Shown piece by piece: positions 59,729 through 64,000 of a DNA stretch of 64,000 nt; positions within the stretch are counted from its first letter, which is position 1; every line of letters begins with the position of its first letter. The stretch comes from Syntrophales bacterium (GTDB lineage Bacteria; Desulfobacterota; Syntrophia; Syntrophales; UBA2210): the NCBI GenBank assembly GCA_023230565.1, contig JALNXD010000002.1, forward strand, positions 16,366 through 80,365, written 5' to 3'. The position numbers were made by a program, and so were the translations under genes. The notes under the pieces were generated by a model. The model was not told the DNA's origin. It saw only the letters and a list, made by a program, of their open reading frames with translations, and did no database searches.

Positions 59729-59832
59729 GTCAAAAAATCCTGGCAGAAAAGGAGAAAAAGAAAGAATGGCGATGTATCGATTGAAGGCATTGGTTGGGAA
59801 AAAATCGATTTCTCTTCATTTTAATTCATCAA

Positions 59833-59861
59833 TTGACGGCGGATCTTTTTTTCTTTACTAT
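59833..59861 (+). promoter_or_regulatory. sigma70-type promoter candidate for the 97-aa ORF
   Basis: TTGACG (59833-59838), 17-nt spacer, TACTAT (59856-59861). Confidence 0.5.
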
Positions 59862-59899
59862 TAGCAAAGATCGAAACATCGGTCCGAGGGAGGCCAAAG

Positions 59900-60193
59900 A
59901 TGAAGGCAAGTATCATTTTCACTGGTACAGGCCCTATCCTTATTCTTACCTCATATGAATCTCTGACTGATCCAAAATTAATCGATAAGCTGGCATCGAA
60001 AGGGATAAAAAAATTTATCGCAACGGAACTTCCTATTGAAGAGGTAGAAAAAAGGTATAAGGAACATTTTAAAATCGTATTGGATGATCTTCATCAAACG
60101 GATGATCTGCGGGTTCTTGACTATAACGGTCATAACATTCTTGAATCTTTTTCCTTCGCTGAAATGGGAAAACCGGTGTATTACGAACCGTAA
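59900..60193 (+). CDS. hypothetical 97-aa cytoplasmic protein
   Basis: A good promoter plus GGGAGG 6 nt before the ATG. No motif that I recognise. Confidence 0.5.
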   Translation: MKASIIFTGTGPILILTSYESLTDPKLIDKLASKGIKKFIATELPIEEVEKRYKEHFKIVLDDLHQTDDLRVLDYNGHNILESFSFAEMGKPVYYEP

Positions 60194-60266
60194 GATATCT
60201 CTCGCACATCAGGAACAGCGGAAACTGCGTAGAATCTCCTGTTACCGAGCACACCGGCCTTAAAGG

Positions 60267-60296
60267 TAATAAGTGATGCTGTCGCATCACTTATTA
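60267..60296. other. perfect 13-bp stem-loop between convergent genes (overlaps the hydratase stop codon)
   Basis: TAATAAGTGATGC-tgtc-GCATCACTTATTA. No clean U-tract on either side. Confidence 0.5.
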
Positions 60297-61069
60297 AAAC
60301 GTCCTTTTTTACCTTCTCCGCTTTGAAAACGGAGGGCGCCCGCGTGCGATTCACCGCTTTTGATCACCTTCATACCGAGCTTAAATTCCAGAGAAAGGGC
60401 ATCCCCTAAAGCAAGATCGAAGCCTTTATATACCGCCTCTCTGTCACTTCTAAGACATATTTGAGGGAATTTTGAAATTGTATATGCAATTTTTTCTGCT
60501 TCCGCTCGCGCCTGGCCCCTTTCGACCAGCCTGTTTGCGAGTCCCATTTCAAAAGCTTCTGTTGCGCTTACAGGTCTCCCCGTCAGTATCATATCCAAGG
60601 CTCTGCTCATTCCTATAAGCCTCGGAAGGCGCTGAGTCCCCCCATCTATAAGCGGTACGCCGAAACGGCGGCAGAATACTCCGAACACAGCATCCTTTTC
60701 TGCAACACGGAGATCGCAGAGACAGGCAAGCTCCAGGCCTCCTGCTACAGCATATCCGGAAACGGCTGCAATAACCGGTTTGGAAACGCTCATCCTCGTT
60801 GGTCCCATAGGACCATCAGCGCTCATGTCATCCTTAAGACGAACAGACTCTTTTTCCATTTTTGAAGCCAGTGCATTCAGATCGGCTCCTGCACAGAAAG
60901 TCCCTCCAGAACCCCAGAGCACTGCGGCATTGAGCGTATCATCATTTTCGAAAGCCCGGAACGCATCGGCCAGCAAACGAGCCATTTCAGCGTCAAAAGC
61001 ATTGCGAACCTCCGGGCGATCCATAATGATGGTCAGAACAGGTCCGTTACGTTCCAGTTGTATCCCCAA
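60287..61069 (-). CDS. enoyl-CoA hydratase/isomerase (crotonase) family protein
   Basis: IIMDRPEVRNAF...GSGGTFCAGADL...AAVSGYAVAGGLELA; 260 aa. Confidence 0.88.
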   Translation of the reverse strand: MGIQLERNGPVLTIIMDRPEVRNAFDAEMARLLADAFRAFENDDTLNAAVLWGSGGTFCAGADLNALASKMEKESVRLKDDMSADGPMGPTRMSVSKPVIAAVSGYAVAGGLELACLCDLRVAEKDAVFGVFCRRFGVPLIDGGTQRLPRLIGMSRALDMILTGRPVSATEAFEMGLANRLVERGQARAEAEKIAYTISKFPQICLRSDREAVYKGFDLALGDALSLEFKLGMKVIKSGESHAGALRFQSGEGKKGRFNK

Positions 61070-61096
61070 ATTGCTCCCCTTTCCTCTCCGCCTTCA

Positions 61097-61900
61097 TCAG
61101 GCCCCCTGGAAATCGGGTTTTCGTTTTTCGGCAAAGGCCTTCATGGCCTCCTTACAATCTTGTGACGGGAGCAGCAACATGTTTTTATGGACGGCCAGCG
61201 AAATTCCGTCGCGAATTGATGCGAATCGGCTGTAATTGAGTACTTCTTTCGTATTTTGAACGGCCAAAGGAGCACTTTCAGTGATTTCCATGGCAAGCTT
61301 CCTGGCAGCAACCATAAGAGTATTTTGATCGGAACAGACTTCTGTGACCAGTCCCATCCGCTCAACTTCAGCGGCACTGAAAAATCTGCCGGTGAAGGCC
61401 ATTTGCCTGGTAAAAGCTTGCCCTATAATGAAGGGAAGTCTCTGAAGCACTCCCATGTCCGCGACAATCCCTATGCGTGCCTCACGCAGCGAAAAAGTGG
61501 CGTCTTCCGTACAGAGGCGAAGATCACACGCTGAAATAATATCGAGTCCTGCACCAACGCACATTCCGTGAACGGCAGCTATTACCGGCTTCTTACATTC
61601 TTCAATTACATGACAACAGTCGAAGATTGCCTTATCACGCACGGGAATATCGAGCATATTGCGCGGATTACCCATTAATCCTCGCGACATGGCATCCTTT
61701 AAGTCAAGACCGGCCGAAAAAATTCTGGCATTACTTTTTAAAATTATTACCCATACATCATCACGTATTCCCAGTTCTTGAAAAATTCCGGTAATCTCGG
61801 TGGCAAGCTCGAAGCTCAGTGCGTTTAAGCTTTCTTTTTTGTTCAAAGAGACGGTGGCTACGTGATCTTCCGTTACTACCTCAATCCATTTGTAACTCAT
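61097..61900 (-). CDS. crotonase-family protein resembling delta(3,5)-delta(2,4)-dienoyl-CoA isomerase
   Basis: FSAGLDL, AAVHGMCVGAGLD. The segment IVADMGVLQRLPFIIGQ...APLAVQNTKEVLNYSR...DCKEAMKAFAEKRKP is what I recall from ECH1-type dienoyl-CoA isomerases. Confidence 0.8.
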   Translation of the reverse strand: MSYKWIEVVTEDHVATVSLNKKESLNALSFELATEITGIFQELGIRDDVWVIILKSNARIFSAGLDLKDAMSRGLMGNPRNMLDIPVRDKAIFDCCHVIEECKKPVIAAVHGMCVGAGLDIISACDLRLCTEDATFSLREARIGIVADMGVLQRLPFIIGQAFTRQMAFTGRFFSAAEVERMGLVTEVCSDQNTLMVAARKLAMEITESAPLAVQNTKEVLNYSRFASIRDGISLAVHKNMLLLPSQDCKEAMKAFAEKRKPDFQGA

Positions 61901-62070
61901 GAGAACCTCCTGTGTATGCTTTCAGTATTTTTTTAGCCACCAATCAGGCTGGCACGAAATGCGATGGAACAACTGTAACTATCATCAAATAAAAGAAATT
62001 ACAATCGGAGAGCGTATAAAAGTTCTCTGGAACTAGATCCGAGGCTGTGATAGCGTCGATATGGAGGGAG

Positions 62071-62874
62071 ATGATGAAAAAATTTGGAAAAAACAATTAT
62101 TCGGCAATAGATAGGCCGGAGATTCTGTCGTATATTTTTTATCCCCGAAGGGAAAATACGAATTATCGATCCGAAAGTTGTGCCGAAGATATGCTCATTC
62201 CTGTGGAAGGCAACGATATTTGCATAGGAGTCCGTTTTCATTTCGTTTCGAATAAAATGCCCACAATTTTGTTTTTTCATGGAAACGGCGAAATTGCAGC
62301 CGATTATGACCACATCGGGTCTCTTTACACTTCAATGGGAATCAATTTCGCAGTAGCCGATTACAGAGGATACGGCATTTCAGCAGGACGGCCTACAGTG
62401 GCGGCTATGATGACCGACTGTCATATTATTTTAGAACACCTGTTGAAGAAGCTGTCTGATGAACACTGCTCGACCTCTGTAATCGTCATGGGCAGATCAC
62501 TAGGCAGCGCATCGGCCCTGGAGCTTGCATATCGTCATCCGGAGCTGGCCGGTCTGATTATTGAAAGCGGGTTTGCATATATGATGCCTCTGCTTCAGCG
62601 AATCGGCATTCCCCGCACTGTAGATATTTCAGAGGAAGATGGGTGCATGAACATCGAAAAGATCAAAGAATTCAAAAAACCTACACTTATAATTCATGCC
62701 CTGTATGATGACATCATACCATTTTCCGAAGGCAAAGCGCTGTACGAGGCCTCGGGAGCATATGAAAAGCGTTTTCTCACTATACCAGATGCAGATCACA
62801 ATACCATTTTCATAAGAGGATTCCGGGAATATCTCTCTGCTGTTGCGGATTTCACGAACGCCCTGACCGCATAA
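62071..62874 (+). CDS. alpha/beta hydrolase
   Basis: HGNGE, nucleophile elbow GRSLGS, and late D...H residues. ATG ATG at 62071/62074 lies directly after GGAGGGAG. The track start GTG at 62047 is less likely. Confidence 0.8.
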   Translation: MMKKFGKNNYSAIDRPEILSYIFYPRRENTNYRSESCAEDMLIPVEGNDICIGVRFHFVSNKMPTILFFHGNGEIAADYDHIGSLYTSMGINFAVADYRGYGISAGRPTVAAMMTDCHIILEHLLKKLSDEHCSTSVIVMGRSLGSASALELAYRHPELAGLIIESGFAYMMPLLQRIGIPRTVDISEEDGCMNIEKIKEFKKPTLIIHALYDDIIPFSEGKALYEASGAYEKRFLTIPDADHNTIFIRGFREYLSAVADFTNALTA

Positions 62875-62928
62875 GGCACAGGGGAAAGAAGCGCCTTCCA
62901 TCGAACACAGCCGGAAAACCCAAATTTT

Positions 62929-63375
62929 TCAGTGAAATTCCTCGGCTTTAATGATAACAGCATATATTTTTTCCTTCCGGAAAAAATGCTGCCCGATATC
63001 GTAGCGACGGCCGGAATCCAGATCCAATACTATGCGTATTTTACGTTCAGGTATTCTGTGTGTACCAACCCGGATCTGCTTTATCAGTTCGCCTGACGTA
63101 TATGTGGTACGTTTTACTCCTTTTGCAATTCCCACATCGATAAAATCGCAGACAATTCGATATTTCTCACCCTCCATCGCGAAAATTTCAGGAAAATACT
63201 CCCCATTGAACTGTAAAAAAACCCTCTCTTCACCATTCGAAATTTTTTCGAATCTAATCTCTTCAAGTAAAGGGTCTTCCGCAGATAACCATATGGGTGC
63301 TGCACACACAAAAATACATATCGCCACCGCTGCTGTAATTAGTTGTCGTAAGGTAGTATTCTTTTTTGCGCTCAC
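62929..63375 (-). CDS. AMIN-domain exported protein
   Basis: Signal/anchor LITAAVAICIFVCAAPIWLSA, then a beta-rich domain with ...RVGTHRIPERKIRIVLDL..., resembling AMIN domains. Confidence 0.55.
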   Translation of the reverse strand: MSAKKNTTLRQLITAAVAICIFVCAAPIWLSAEDPLLEEIRFEKISNGEERVFLQFNGEYFPEIFAMEGEKYRIVCDFIDVGIAKGVKRTTYTSGELIKQIRVGTHRIPERKIRIVLDLDSGRRYDIGQHFFRKEKIYAVIIKAEEFH

Positions 63376-63453
63376 CTTCCGGTTTAATCTCTTTTATGCA
63401 ATTAAGAAAGCTGTTTCACCGCGAGTTCCGTCATACCGAATATTCGAGCAGGA

Positions 63454-63999
63454 CTATTTTTCAGGACCGCGGCCCGGCTCATTCATTTTTTTCTGAGCAA
63501 TTCTTTTTTGCTCGTCCAGAATAATTTGTGTTGCCATACGCGCCGTTTCTCCAACCAACGTCGAACACTTTTCGGGCATACCCGCTTTAAAGGCAGCTTC
63601 CATCTCTTTCGGATCGTAGAGATTAAAGAAACGGCCTACCATTTTTTTCTGAATATCTTCACATCGGCAGGTTCCATACTTTTCAACAAAGGCATCATGA
63701 AGCTTTTTCGACAACATGCACGCTTTCAGCTGTTTTGTGATATTATCGAATTCTTCCATGGATCTTCCGAAAAAATATCCGATGGCGAGTGTTCCTCCTG
63801 AAAGGGCTCCACAATGACCATCGCCGGTCAGTCCGACCCCGTCGGCAAGGCCTGTTGCCGCCTTGAAAACTGTCGTATCTTCTACTCCCAGTGCCTCAAA
63901 AATTCCCGCAAGTGTGCACTGCGGACAGCCACCGCTTGCAAGTTCATGAGCTTTTGCACGATCAAAAGCTTTTTGCAGAACAGCTTCTTCTTTTTCCAT
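63454..63999 (-). CDS. C_GCAxxG_C_C family redox protein
   Basis: GGCPQCTLAG near the N-terminus, HCGALSGG (GCAxxG) and CRCEDI later. The start codon lies 1 nt from the window edge. Confidence 0.8.
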   Translation of the reverse strand: MEKEEAVLQKAFDRAKAHELASGGCPQCTLAGIFEALGVEDTTVFKAATGLADGVGLTGDGHCGALSGGTLAIGYFFGRSMEEFDNITKQLKACMLSKKLHDAFVEKYGTCRCEDIQKKMVGRFFNLYDPKEMEAAFKAGMPEKCSTLVGETARMATQIILDEQKRIAQKKMNEPGRGPEK

Positions 64000-64000
64000 C

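Noticed and set aside
59521-59900. Possibility that tRNA-Val marks an integration site for a mobile element or island.
   Set aside because: There is no integrase, no direct repeat of the tRNA 3' end, and no phage or transposon genes on either side. The flanking genes are ordinary metabolic genes.
61943-61957. CTGGCACG motif on the plus strand upstream of the alpha/beta hydrolase gene. Similar partial -24/-12 look-alikes occur at 36984-37000 and 58346-58361.
   Set aside because: The GC of the -12 element is missing or displaced by 1-2 nt in each case, so these do not meet the spacing rule.

Overview
The window looks like chromosomal DNA from an anaerobic, probably syntrophic, Desulfobacterota (deltaproteobacterial) organism. 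The taxonomy is inferred from gene content only. Both strands are densely coding with housekeeping and energy-metabolism genes.

Genes present, left to right:
- Core and translation genes: a truncated J-domain gene, purC, fmt and rsmB, hflX, hisF, rpe, groES-groEL, ileS-lspA, and tRNA-Val(CAC).
- Energy and acyl-CoA metabolism: an etfB-etfA pair next to a membrane Fe-S (HdrD/DsrK-like) oxidoreductase and an AMP-forming acetyl-CoA synthetase; a four-subunit 2-oxoacid:ferredoxin oxidoreductase operon; buk-ptb; an ADP-forming acyl-CoA synthetase/GNAT fusion; and three crotonase-family genes.
- Envelope genes: waaA, an A+T-rich glycan cluster (radical SAM/SPASM, GT2, O-antigen-ligase-like), a porin-like gene, cls, and msrAB.
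- Signalling genes: two two-component systems and a GAF-GAF-PAS class III cyclase.

I saw no CRISPR array, rRNA, transposase, integrase or obvious defence genes.

The most interesting signal is non-coding. The 785-bp gap at 36340-37123 carries, on the minus strand, a near-consensus sigma54 promoter. About 210 nt of structured, ORF-free sequence follows, beginning with a 5' hairpin whose loop is CCCUCCU (anti-Shine-Dalgarno) and ending in a strong intrinsic terminator. This unit is divergent from a sensor kinase / sigma54-activator operon and lies downstream of a perfect 18-bp palindrome. The predicted RNA is antisense to the leader and ribosome-binding site of the porin-like gene at 13068 (20 of 21 nt, plus a 7-nt anti-SD match). 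This suggests an undescribed circuit: two-component system, then sigma54, then sRNA, then porin.

A second candidate is a leader with mutually exclusive terminator and antiterminator helices directly upstream of the oxidoreductase operon.

All protein calls rest on motifs I recognise by eye in the supplied translations. No database search, HMM scan or folding program was run.
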